The notes: a model not told the origin generated them from the letters alone. Shown: positions 1 to 10,233, numbered from the stretch's first letter. The stretch: 16,191 nt of DNA from Vitrella brassicaformis CCMP3155 (GCA_001179505.1 CDMY01000837.1:1-16191); one strand, 5' to 3'. Program-made: numbers and translations.

Positions 1-181
1 ACGAACACTGTGACTTTGCACTGACAAGGCGCTCTGAGGACCTCCCTCCTTTGCTGAAGCTCTGATTAATTTTTCCGTCCCGGACGAACACTGTGACTTT
101 GCACTGACAAGGCGCTCTGAGGACCTCCCTCCTTTGCTGAAGCTCTGATTAATCTTTCCGTCCCGGACGAACACTGCGACT
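1..181. repeat. 83-bp tandem repeat, 2 full copies plus a 15-bp partial; may extend left of the window
   Basis: Units at 1-83 and 84-166 (acgaacactgtgactttgca...ttccgtcccgg) differ by one base (ttttt vs tcttt). A third unit starts at 167 and diverges after about 15 nt. Confidence 0.95.
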
Positions 182-311
182 GGCGGTTCCGTCAAACCGT
201 TAACCAACAACCAGCCGTTCTTTGGATCTTTAGACGTCAGTATGCTGTTGCTTCATCTGATTCATCTGCCGTTCTCGTTTTCGGCTTCAGTATGGCCCCA
301 AACGATGTACG

Positions 312-2529
312 ATGATACCAAGACCAGGGTTTGACTCCCATGCTTCCATCAAATTTGTTCTCAGGGACAGTGCAATGGACGGCAATGCCAACTTTGCTGA
401 TCTGGAGGCACTGGAGCCCGACGTGAAAGTGCCCTTCTACATCTATCAAACGCCGGCGATGAGGAAGCTGTACGACGGCTGTCAGCGCACTGCACTCAGC
501 ATTCTCGACGGAAGGTGGCCTCCTCATTTGCCCAAGGGCATGGGTGATGTCAACAGAAAGAACTATGGTGTGTATTCCGATTGTTCGGCCTTCGAAAGAG
601 AGAACATTCCCCTCTTTCAACGTTGCAGATGAGGTCTTCTGGCTCGATCAGCTCTGGAACGATTCTTGGAGGACGTTTGACCCAGAAGATGCCCTCGTCT
701 TTGTTATCCCGGTGTATCCTGGTGCGTACACCGACTGCAAATGTCTGAATCACTTCTGTGATTTCTATATGTTCTTAGTATTGTCTCTTGAGCAAGCCTG
801 TGAAGGAGACCGAAATCAGACTCACGCACTGGCCGAGGCAGCAGTGAGGGAGGTGAGATATGAATGCTTGCCTCTTACACTGATGCGTGCTTGTTCAGAT
901 CATGCAGCTGCCCTACTTTGGAAGGAACGAAGGACTTGATCACATTGTAATGGTAGGCGCAAATACACAGGAAATGGACTTGCTGGTAAGGCTGTTGACT
1001 CGTCAGGGAATTGATTGGCGATTTACACATACGAAGAACAAAAGCATCAAAAGAGCATTCGGCAGGCGGTTTGCAGCATTGGCAAAAAAAATCTCATGGG
1101 GGCGAAAAGTCGCTGAGAGAGGTTCGTTACCGGGAATCTATCTCTGTGTATCTTGGCATTGATACACCACCAACCTTTCCAGGTTACGGTCACATTGGTT
1201 GTGCGGTGACATCACCTTTCACGTATGCATCGCGGAAAAAGAAAAGGAGAGAGAGAGAGAGAGAGAGAGAAAATCGCTTCCACTTATTTCTCTCTGTCGT
1301 GTCAGCTCAGTCCTGACCTTTCTGCAGAAAGGTAATCAGCCATTTGAAAAAGAAAGCCTTCTGGAGCGCGGCCTAATAGACGCAAGAGATGTCTTTGAGG
1401 ACAACTGCATACACACCGCCCGCAATCCACCGTCGAAACATGACTGGTTCGCAAGAGATTACAGCATGTTCTTCCAGGGTGAGGCATACAAAGGCAATTC
1501 GTGCCTGTCTCAACATAGTGCTAATGGCTCCCCTCAGGTCAAACGAGTTTTCGGCGTGGGTACATCTACCGACGACTTGCTTTTCAACATCTTGTTGGCT
1601 GGAATTTCACCGCCAAGTCATGTCTTAGGCAAAACATTACATGTCGCAGGAACCCAAACGTCTTCGTTTCTTCGTCCACAAACAAGCTCCTGAATTTGGT
1701 CGGGAGCGACACTCAGATGCAACAACTGCTCCCGAATTGCCCGCGTCAAGCTAATGAGAGACTTTTGTTTGATGATGCCTCTTTCGGTGGGCATTCTCAA
1801 GAGCCTGGGCTTGGAAAGTTTGAGGGATGCCGACTTCAAGTATCAACGAAAGACGCGAATGTAGCAGCCCGCAGGGCTGCGACCTTCCTGCATCGGCTTG
1901 CAAACTCCAAGTTGAATCTCTGTTTCAGAGGCGATGATGTGACGTCATCGCGATACGTGGATGGATTCAGAAGCCGCACTCTCAACGTCTTAATCACGGA
2001 GGCTGAGGAAATGTTCAAATACGCGATGCCTTTCCAGGTTCCGAAGAACAGCTTGAATTCACTTTGTTCCGCGTTTTCCGCCTCTCTCAGTGCGAAATTC
2101 CTTGGCGCAATTTCACCTTTGTCATTGATGGGCCTTTGTTCAAGGCAGATCCCCGAAAGGCTCTGACTCCTATCCTCGAGGAGGTCTATGGAGATCATGC
2201 AGCCATCAGAGAGAGGCTGCGGCTCATGGATTATTATAGCAAGAAGATCTTGTGGGACGCACCTGGCAGCACTACGGCACGCTCAGTGCTTCGAGCCATG
2301 ACACGACAATGCCTAACTGAAAAGGCGAAGGCCGACTTCATCAGAAGAACGTCTAAATGGAAACATGGTGAGTGGATGCGACTATGCAACGCGGGCGGTA
2401 TGCATGCAATTCTCAGATATTCAAGGCGCATCGACAAATGAGGGAAATGTTCGAGACCATCCTCTCTTCTGGAAATGCTCGTTCCCTGACCATTCAGCAC
2501 CACGTGAGGAACAATTCGGCCAGCATTGA
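312..2529 (+). CDS. Exostosin-like (GT47/PF03016-type) glycosyltransferase, paralogue 1, multi-exon; 5' end uncertain
   Basis: Manual GT-AG splicing gives an open frame. Introns: 568-628, 722-778, 853-898, 953-1006, 1122-1182, 1223-1305, 1479-1537, 2038-2090, 2368-2416; stop TGA at 2527-2529. Motifs PFYIYQ, WRTFDPEDALVFVIPVYP, RNEGLDHIV, MFFQG and SKLNLCFRGDDVTSSR match the exostosin pattern (R..DP..A..FFVP; G.DH; FF.G; S.FCL.P.GD...S.R). A possible acceptor at 290 suggests further upstream exons. Confidence 0.8.
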
Positions 2530-2548
2530 CCTGTGACAGGTCAATACA

Positions 2549-2596
2549 TGATGGTAATTGACTTGTGTTGATTGATGGTAATTGACCTGTGTTGAT
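2549..2596. repeat. 24-bp tandem duplication between the convergent GT47-1 and AP2 3' ends
   Basis: tgatggtaattgacttgtgttgat followed by tgatggtaattgacctgtgttgat; one mismatch. Confidence 0.9.
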
Positions 2597-2728
2597 GCCT
2601 GACGGGTGGCCTTCTGCTTCTTTACCGTGCATACTGATTATTTGCACCAAGTGAACAGCGTTCTGTATATCAACAGCGATAATGTCACGTCTCTGTACAA
2701 TCTATCAACTCAATCTACATGATGGCCC

Positions 2729-3450
2729 TCACTCACTCCTCCTTTTCTTCGGGCGCTCCTCCTCACTATCATCTACGACCATCTCACCAGACTGGTAGTG
2801 CAGGGCCTCCATCTCCCGCCTGTAATCGATGGCCATCTGCTTGGCCTCTTCGTCGCCGTACTTCAAGGACTTGCTCTTCTGTTCGCCGCCCTGGTACCAT
2901 CTGGCCAGCCATCTGTGCTTGCTCTTGTCGTAGCTGACGCCCCTGACACCGCTCTGTCGCCCTGCCGGCGCTCGCACAGACGCCCGCCCGGTGCGCTCCA
3001 TCTCGGCACGGTGCTGCTCAGCCAACACCTGACATGCACACAGATACATACAGGTGCATCATGAGGCTGACAAGAAAGAGCCTGAACTTCAGCCGATTAC
3101 GTGGTTACCTTGGCCTCGTCCCCGTGCTCCTTGACAAGGAAGTACTTGTGCTTCAGCTTGCCGTCAGCCTCCATCATGGGTTCGTTTGGCCTGAAGTCCG
3201 ATGAAGCTGGGTTTGAGTCCTATGCAGGCGCAGGTTCAGTGAAATGAGGTCAGAGGGACACGAGCAGCTGAGGGAAATGATCTGAAATGGACAAACACGG
3301 CTGCGGTGAGTCTCTGTACATGTGCGCAACGCAGCACCGCAACAGCCAGACATACGCACCCCACACACATGGATGGATGGATGGATGGACCTGTTGTGGG
3401 TGTGATTCATCACTCTCCCTGAGGCCGTCCTCGTCCTCTACGTCCACCAT
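2729..3450 (-). CDS. AP2-domain (ApiAP2-like) DNA-binding protein, ~156 aa, 3 exons: one partial and one near-complete AP2 repeat
   Basis: Exons 3450-3391, 3219-3109 and 3028-2729 are all phase 0 with GT-AG ends. Translation includes ...EADGKLKHKYFLVKEHGDEAKVLAEQHRAEMERTG (C-terminal half of AP2) and QSGVRGVSYDKSKHRWLARWYQGGEQKSKSLKYGDEEAKQMAIDYRREME (AP2: GV...W...W...KYG...A...A...R). The protein ends in an NLS-like RPKKRR. Exon 1 is less certain. Confidence 0.85.
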
Positions 3451-3452
3451 CA

Positions 3453-3500
3453 ATCCAATGAAAATTTTCGTTCATCATCCAATGAAATTTTGCGTTCATC
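3453..3500. repeat. 24-bp tandem duplication in the short divergent intergenic region between AP2 and GT47-2
   Basis: atccaatgaaaattttcgttcatc (3453-3476) and atccaatgaaattttgcgttcatc (3477-3500). Confidence 0.85.
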
Positions 3501-3672
3501 AACACCCCAGCATGCGAAAAAAACCCGTCGGGGAACATTGGGATTTATATCTCTGGAGTGGCTGCCCAGGCCTCCGGACGGGGGTCTGCTGAGTGCCTGT
3601 TGTCCGAAATTGTATCACTCACGCTCCTTCTGTCACTAGCATCGCTTTCTGTTCTGGAAAACACGACTGACG

Positions 3673-5876
3673 ATGTCAGGCACATGGCTGTTGTTTCCGT
3701 GTTTCTCTTGCCTTTGGCTCTTTGAATGTGTCAAACTGTCCGTTTGTGTCAGCCACCATCATCGGCTCCTAGAGACGCCCTCATTCTCTCATAATTTCGC
3801 ATTCAATAACCAACGGATGAACATCATCCAAGACGCCAGCAACGACTTCGCCGATCTAAAGGCACTGGAGCGGGACATTGAGGTGCCGTTCTACATCTAC
3901 CAAACGCCGTCTATCAGGAAGCTTTATGACCTATGTCAAGAGAGCGCGCGTAGCATTCTTGAGGGCCGATGGTCCCCTCATTTCCCTTTAGAGAATAGGA
4001 AGAACACTAACGAGATATACTGGCTGGACCAATTATGGAACGATACATGGAGGACGTTTGACCCTGACAAAGCGCTCGTCTATGTCCTCCCAATCTATCC
4101 CGGTGTGTCGATGAACAGTACGGGGGAAAGTGAGTCATTCCACTTGAGCGCTTGAGTTTCGTGTATTTGGTCCAGTTCTGCTGTATCATCGTTCGTGCAA
4201 GGAAGGGAATAGGAAGAAGATACATGCACTGGCAGACAAGGCTGTTAAGGAGGTGAGACATCCTATGAACATATATGAATGGGTGTAGCATTTGTTCAGG
4301 TGACGGAGACCCCACAATGGGAGAGAAACCGCGGGCTCGACCACATCCTCGTGGTGAGTGTGTACTCATCCATGGCTCATGGCAAAACGATGTTTGTGTC
4401 ACTGGATTGGCTTTCTCATAATGCAGCTGACCGATTTTGAGTTTAAGTACCCTGGTCGCATGGACATGGTATTTGGGAGAGCGTTTTCGACAATTGCGAG
4501 GAATATCACACAGGGGCGGCACCTTGCAGACAATCGTACGGAGACAGAAGAAAAATGACCAGCCATCCGCAACGCACATCTCGTCGAGTATCCTGTCACA
4601 GAGAGGGGCCTCTTTGGATGTGCTGTCACGATTCCCCACACGTATGCGAATCGCCCATAAGTATGCGAATCGTCCCTGATGCATGCACGCATGACCTCAC
4701 ATTGCTTACATTCAGGTCATCTCTGACAGCGCTGCAAAAAGCCTACCAGCCTTTTGAGAAGGAAAGCCTGCTGAAGCGCGGACTCATCCAGCCGACGGAC
4801 GTGTTTGAGGATGACCGACTTGCCTTGGCTTTCGATCCTCCCTCGAGACACGACTGGTTTCAACGCGACTACACGATGTTCTTTCAAGGTAGATCTGGAC
4901 TTGCAGGTACCATACGAATACGCTGACGGTGTGCAGGACACTTGCACAACGGTCGTCCGTATCGCAAATCCGCTTTTAAGCATTTGCCGGGATGGCGCTA
5001 CGTGCCAGGAACTTGCACGGATTGCCTCCCAAGAACCAATGTCTTTGTCGCATCGGGACTCGTGTCAAAACCGACATACCCTTTATGTCCCCGCCAAAGG
5101 GATATCACTCGCGGTACACGCGTCCCAATGGGCAGGTTCGAGCAGTGCAAAAGTGCGGCAAGGAACCACACAGATCGCCTCTTCGAGACAGCAACGTTTA
5201 TGCATCGTCTGGCTAACTCCAAGTTGAATCTATGTTTTCGTGGTAGAGACGTGACGAGCTCGAGGGTTGCCGATGCTTTTTGGGCCCGGACGCTGAACGT
5301 CCTGATAAATGAGCTTGACGACGTTTTCAGATACGGCATCCCCTTCCAGTGCGAAATCCCATGGAGGTATGCAGAAAGGACAGTGACGTTAGCACACGAC
5401 CCGTATTGTGGGGGTCGGCGCTGTTCCGCCCTACGCAGGAATTTCACATATGCAATCGAGGGCTCTGTTTTCGAGCAGGACCCTCGCGCAGCGCTAAAGC
5501 CCATACTGGATGAGCTCTACAAGGACCACCGAGCCGTCACAAAAAAGCTGCGCCTGATGGACTACTACAGCAAAAAGATACTGTGGAATGCACCAAAAAG
5601 CGAGACAGCAAGGAGTGTGCTCCGCGCAATGACACGGCAATGTCTCACTAACGAGGCGAAGCTCGACTTCATTGAAAGGACTAGCAAATATGGTAAGCCA
5701 TCCATTCACACAGCGATGCAGAACCGCCGCTGGCTGGAATCTCGTCTGCGCGTGTCGGGGGGGAAGGTACGGCAGCGAATGTGCGGGACCATCCCTTGTT
5801 CTCCGAATGCACTTTCCCTGACACGTCGGTGAAGAGTGACGAGCAGCGAAAAGCGCATAGCAAGAAGATACTGTGA
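3673..5876 (+). CDS. Exostosin-like (GT47) glycosyltransferase, paralogue 2, multi-exon; start and last acceptor uncertain
   Basis: Introns: 4103-4175, 4253-4299, 4354-4426, 4536-4601, 4642-4715, 4889-4936, 5367-5438, and 5693 to either 5721 or 5766; stop TGA at 5874-5876. Exon-by-exon colinear with paralogue 1: VPFYIYQTP, WLDQLWNDTWRTFDPDKAL, RNRGLDHILV, GCAVT, QPFEKESLL, DWFQRDYTMFFQG, SKLNLCFRGRDVTSSR, LRLMDYYSKKILW, NVRDHPLF. The ATG at 3673 opens a hydrophobic, signal-anchor-like N-terminus. Confidence 0.8.
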
Positions 5877-6342
5877 CTCCACTTGTGTGATGGCCCTGCT
5901 TGGCCTTCTCGTTTCCCCCTCGCCTCCGCCCACCATCGATCCCCTTCACCCCGCACCGTCCTAGATGCTACAGAGGAGAGCACTAATGGACCATTAACAA
6001 TGAACGAGAATTAGAGCTCTCATCGAAATCGCACCGAACGCGCTGCGGTGTATATCTCATTACTTGGAGAGAGAGAGAGAGAGAGAGATCACTGCACAGT
6101 TTTGATCTTCTGAAGAGGTGCCTCGACCACCTAAACAAGGAATGCAGAGCAACACCATGGATCATGTAATTAGAGCCGTCTGTTTTGAACGCGCCCAATA
6201 TCATGAATGAGAATTCTAACACAAAAGCAATATCAGTCGCCCTCAGATCAACCCGTCTATCTACACCCCTTCTCTACCGTCTAAATCGTGGCTTCGACAA
6301 CACACATGTACATCTACTCTGCCGTGCATGCATGATGTGTAC

Positions 6343-6461
6343 CGCTGGAGGGGCGTCTTGCCGTCCGGTCTCTTGCGCATCGTGTCGTACTTCAGAAAGT
6401 CCACACGCGATGCTGCCTCGGGGGTGTCGGCGTAGTCCGCCCTCTGCGGATTCTCGAACAT
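6343..6461 (-). other. Possible isolated coding exon of an unidentified gene (MFENPQRADYADTPEAASRVDFLKYDTMRKRPDGKTPLQR)
   Basis: Real ATG at 6461, GC3-rich codons and a GT donor (gtacac) at 6342. No family recognised and no complete gene model could be built. Confidence 0.25.
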
Positions 6462-6865
6462 TCAGCACTTCCTCGTACGACCCTCCCGGTCTGAATCCTC
6501 TGTGATCCCATGGAGAATGGCGTCATTTTCATAGTGTGGGTCCGTGCTCGTTTGTCTGTTGCGTTGGCACGTAGTGCGAGTTTGTGTGTGCGTGGCGGGC
6601 GGCGCCGCTGGGAGATACGCCAGGCGGGCGCTGAGGATTGTGCTGGCATGTTTGTCGCGTGATTGAGAGTTGGTCGATTGACACAGTTCATTTCATGAGA
6701 GACCGAAACTGCCTGCCGTTGCGCTACGAGTCAATGTATTTTCACATCATACCATTAAATGCATCACCTTCAGCTTCTTCCAATTTTGATGTTAGCGATG
6801 TTTTCTGATGCCAAGCATCACTCATGAGTAAACAGCATACTCACTGTCCAAACGTGCAGTCACTT

Positions 6866-6956
6866 ACAGTCCTCACAGTATGCGTCAAAGAACCCGCCCG
6901 GTCCCACTTTTCCGTCGGTCAACTCTGTACGACACGCATCCCAAGAGAGAGAAAAA
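6866..6956 (-). repeat. 91-bp segment, inverted copy of 16101-16191
   Basis: The reverse complement of 6866-6956 equals 16101-16191 except for one base (tgggatg vs tggaatg). It contains a polypyrimidine/AG acceptor, an exon-like LTDGKVGPGGFFDAYCED and a GT donor. Confidence 0.95.
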
Positions 6957-7430
6957 ATATGCAACAGAGAAGAAAAAGAAAACAAAAAAATGGGTGCGGG
7001 ACATGTCGTAGGCCCAGTGTCTCGAGCTGGAGACATGTGACCAGAGATGCTTACTGGAAGCCCCATCCCACTACTGATGGGACAACCATGGGCATGGATT
7101 GTATTGTCTCGGAAGACGCAGGTGCGCCGAAGTCGACGATCTGACGTCTCACGCTGCGCTGTCCGGCACGTCAGATAGATATCAGCTGGGGAGGTTGCCG
7201 GGGCCAGCTTTTCGCCGCACCGTCTGAGATGGAGCAGCATCAGTGGTCTCGGCGCCATCTCAGACAGCACGCACCCGCGGGGGGTGACAGCACGTGATTA
7301 CTTGGTGTCTGTTGTATCTCGTTTGTAATACAGACTTAATGCGAACACAGTGACATTCCACGTTACAAATGAATGCACGTGACCACACCTCAGTCCTCCA
7401 TCATGCACCCACCCACCCACACACACACAC

Positions 7431-7492
7431 AAATGTACTTGAGTGAGAGAGAGAGAGAGAGAAATGTACTTGAGAGAGAGAGAGAGAGAGAG
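7431..7492. repeat. Compound microsatellite with a duplicated aaatgtactt(ga)n unit (31-bp period), preceded by (CA)n
   Basis: aaatgtactt at 7431 and 7462, each followed by GA repeats. Other microsatellites in the window: (GA)n ~1246-1270 and ~6067-6088, (GGAT)n ~3371-3389, (CTG)n ~9825-9855, (GACA)n ~14437-14458, (CT)n(GT)n ~14740-14770. Confidence 0.9.
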
Positions 7493-8227
7493 GAGGGGGT
7501 AGACAATTGAGACACAACCACCAGCGACTGGGCCAGACGTTTTGCTGTGGCTCGCCCAGTGGGCAAGAAGCGTCCGATCGGGGTTCGTTACTATCCGTTT
7601 TTTCTCTGTTCGCTAAGCGATGTAGCTTGACACACTGAAGCAAGGCCAGTCAGTGAGGTTGGTTGGGAGAGATTCTCTTCCGTAGAAGCGCTCACCGCGC
7701 CCATTGGCTTTACTGACTGATGCGCTGACTCTGACTGCCTCCTGAAGGATGGTTGGGAGCGTGCTTGAGATCGGAAGAGCAACCTCGAGATCTGCTGGAG
7801 TACACGCAACGTGACGGCAATGACGTCTTGAACATGCACGTCTTGACAAGCAGAAGCGTATCGGAACTACAGAAAGAACTCACATTCGACGCAACAACGA
7901 ATCACCTCGTCATTCTGCGATGGCAGGGCGTCAGTCAGTCACATGAGTGTGTGCTTGTCAGTCAAGCAATGAATGGATTCATTCGTTCATTCAGTGAATC
8001 ACTGCATCACTGCAGACAACCCTCCTCGGTTGCTTCGCTTGGGAGACGGCCGTGATGACTCAAGAGAGAATGACAGAGTGATTCGTTCGTTCATGCCTTA
8101 TCCAGCATCACGTCCCATTGCAGAATCACGTCATGACACTCATGTGTGAGACCTCTAAACTTTACATGGAGCTGTCGATGTGTTTACATCAACAGACGCT
8201 CGTGAATATAATTCCAGCACCCTCACG

Positions 8228-9370
8228 ATGTTGCCTTGGCTGTTGTTTGGATGGCCTTTGGGCTTTGGAAATGTCCTTGGCATCCTCTTGCCGCACTCTA
8301 GGGATAATCAAACTGCATTGGGATCAGTGGAATCTTTGTCGTCGCGTGATGATCCCGTCGTTTGGAGCCTTGCTCCTGTCCACGATTCCCACACCTCCAC
8401 AGGCTACGAACTTCGTCCGCCATTTGCGACAGAATTGGTATCGGACAACGACGAGGGTACCAAGGACAAACCGCCGGTAATTGACTTTCAAAGTGAAGAC
8501 GGAGCCTTGCATTACTACTCTCCCAAGTTCCGGCCGAAGAAAGGGATTGCCTATAGCAAGATATCGCTTGTTGTACCTTTGACCTTCAAGTTCTTTGGCG
8601 CCTGTCTTGACAACTTGGTGGGGTATTTCTACAACGGAACGCGGCTCCCAGACCAAATGATCCTGCTTGTTTCGGAGTTCGATCACAAACCCTCGTCGAA
8701 AGCACGATGCAAAAGCTTGGTTGCTGATTGGGTAGAGAGAGGTCTCAATGTCTCCATGATAGCACGAGGCGGGATCCACCTCATAGGAGACCAAAAAAAC
8801 TACGGATGGTCCCTATCCAGCCAACCTGTCACGACATTCTTTGACGTTGATGATGTCCCTCACCCCCAAAGGATTGAAATACTTGAAGAATATTTCAGCC
8901 ACGATCCAAGCATTGATTACTTCCTTGCAGGATACACGCCACTCAAGGGCAGACCGAACAGGCTATTTTATGAGAGAATCGAAGTGGGGAAGTTATCGAC
9001 GCGATACAATCTCAGGCCTGAAGACATTCGGCCGACTTACAGCAGATTCTATCAAGAATATCAAAAAGAATTTGCGGACCCCTTCACGAAGGGACTGCCT
9101 TGCTGTTGTGGTGCAGTGTCGAGAAAAAAAGTACCTAACGGATGGCCAACAGTTCGGACGGATTTGCTTCCTGTAGCAAACTTTTCTGAAACGCTTCGTG
9201 ACTTTGAAGATTGCTATATGTTCTTGACGCTGAATTGGAGAGGATATAATTGTTACACGGCGGGTCACATTGATCTTGGCTATTATGTGAGAGGAAGCTT
9301 CAGGAAACTTGGGCATTGCTTAAATGCTACCCTCATAGAGCGACCCTCTGGTCGTTTCTCTTTGTTTTAA
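8228..9370 (+). CDS. Intronless GT-A fold (GT2-like) glycosyltransferase, 380 aa, with N-terminal signal/anchor
   Basis: Single ORF with first ATG at 8228 (the track's 8180 start is GTG). Hydrophobic N-terminus MLPWLLFGWPLGFGNVLGILLP. GT2-type motifs ISLVVP, PDQMILLV and QKNYGWSLSSQPVTTFFDVDD..HPQRIEIL, equivalent to (A)RN.G...A.G.YI.FLD.DD...P..LE with a DxD motif. Confidence 0.75.
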   Translation: MLPWLLFGWPLGFGNVLGILLPHSRDNQTALGSVESLSSRDDPVVWSLAPVHDSHTSTGYELRPPFATELVSDNDEGTKDKPPVIDFQSEDGALHYYSPKFRPKKGIAYSKISLVVPLTFKFFGACLDNLVGYFYNGTRLPDQMILLVSEFDHKPSSKARCKSLVADWVERGLNVSMIARGGIHLIGDQKNYGWSLSSQPVTTFFDVDDVPHPQRIEILEEYFSHDPSIDYFLAGYTPLKGRPNRLFYERIEVGKLSTRYNLRPEDIRPTYSRFYQEYQKEFADPFTKGLPCCCGAVSRKKVPNGWPTVRTDLLPVANFSETLRDFEDCYMFLTLNWRGYNCYTAGHIDLGYYVRGSFRKLGHCLNATLIERPSGRFSLF

Positions 9371-9467
9371 TGAGACGCCGCTTCAATGGAAGGCACTCGG
9401 ATTGCATGCAGGCACGAATAAGGTCTCACAGGCAGATGAGGAGCAGACAGTTGTGAGTAGACCCGAA

Positions 9468-10196
9468 TTATTGACGCTCTTTGTGTAGTCGCTCAATTGT
9501 GGATGTGTCAGAGTGGCTAATGGATGCATTGCACACTATATGTACACTCGAATTATTTGTGCCAGCAGAAGTATACAAACAAACAGTAATATCTGCAGAG
9601 GTCTGAAATCTGACCACCAAACACAAATATATCTGCAGAGTCTGTTTTCTCGCTGGGTGGCCGCGAAACTCAAATAAAACGACATCCACTGATCCTCCTC
9701 TTGGTCCGCGTCCCGCCATGTAGTCCCGGCGCATCTTGTTGTAGAGCCGCTGTCGAGCACCATCGTCTCCCTCCCCCTCCTCTCCCTCCTCCTCACGCAC
9801 CCTCTTCTTGCTCGGATTGGCACCGCTGCTGCTGCTGCTGCTGCTGGCCTGCTGCTGGCGAAGATCCCTGCGGCTTGGTAGCGGCCTGGGGAGCCGCCTT
9901 CTCCGCTTCCTTGGTGACCTGGGGCCCGATTTCAAAGTGGCCGTCGTCTGTGCCCACGGATACGAGCACCTGCTTGCGCGGGGCCTGCTTGGGTGCCGCT
10001 GCTGCCTTCGGGGCGGCGTCCTGCGGCGGAGATGTGGCGCTGCTGCTGGCAACGGGCTGGGGCGGATTGGCACCTGGCTGAGGTGGCATGGCGAGGTCAA
10101 CGAGCGGTGCGGTCGGCTCGGCGAGGCGGGCTCAGTGGGTGTCAACTCGCCACCGTCAGCAGGAGGGAGCCCTACGGAGGGCTGCACGGATGACAT
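9468..10196 (-). pseudogene. Frameshifted low-complexity (Pro/Ala/Gln, then acidic/basic) gene or gene fragment
   Basis: The natural-looking frame 10089-9793 (PPQDAAPKAAAAPKQAPRKQVLVSVGTDDGHFEIGPQVTKEAEK...QQQQQQQ) stops just after a (CAG)n tract. A second frame then carries the plausible continuation SSSSGANPSKKRVREEEGEEGEGDDGARQRLYNKMRRDYMAGRGPRGG. Confidence 0.45.
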
Positions 10197-10233
10197 AGAT
10201 GGAAGGAGTGGGTCACAACAGCCGTGCCAAAAG

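Noticed and set aside
1-181. CRISPR-like array
   Set aside because: The units are contiguous near-identical 83-mers with no unique spacers, and the context is eukaryotic with no cas genes.
722-5438. Apparent paralogue-specific peptide insertions (722-778, 953-1006, 5367-5438)
   Set aside because: These are stop-free introns with lengths divisible by 3 and GT-AG ends. The first two match intron positions in the other paralogue, and removing the third restores colinearity.
4007-5949. Long minus-strand ORFs (4007-4684, 4998-5504, 5494-5949) and similar ones at 1836-2198 and 8324-9316
   Set aside because: They are antisense shadows of the glycosyltransferase exons, with no recognisable motifs.
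6860-7270. Multi-exon minus-strand gene including the LTDGKVGPGGFFDAYCED exon
   Set aside because: The upstream gtaagc donor could not be joined in a compatible phase without stops. Only the duplicated 91-bp segment is reported.
7591-8055. Possible gene in 7.6-8.0 kb (ORFs on both strands)
   Set aside because: Both strands give moderately plausible peptides, but I found no motif, no consistent splice model and no clear strand.
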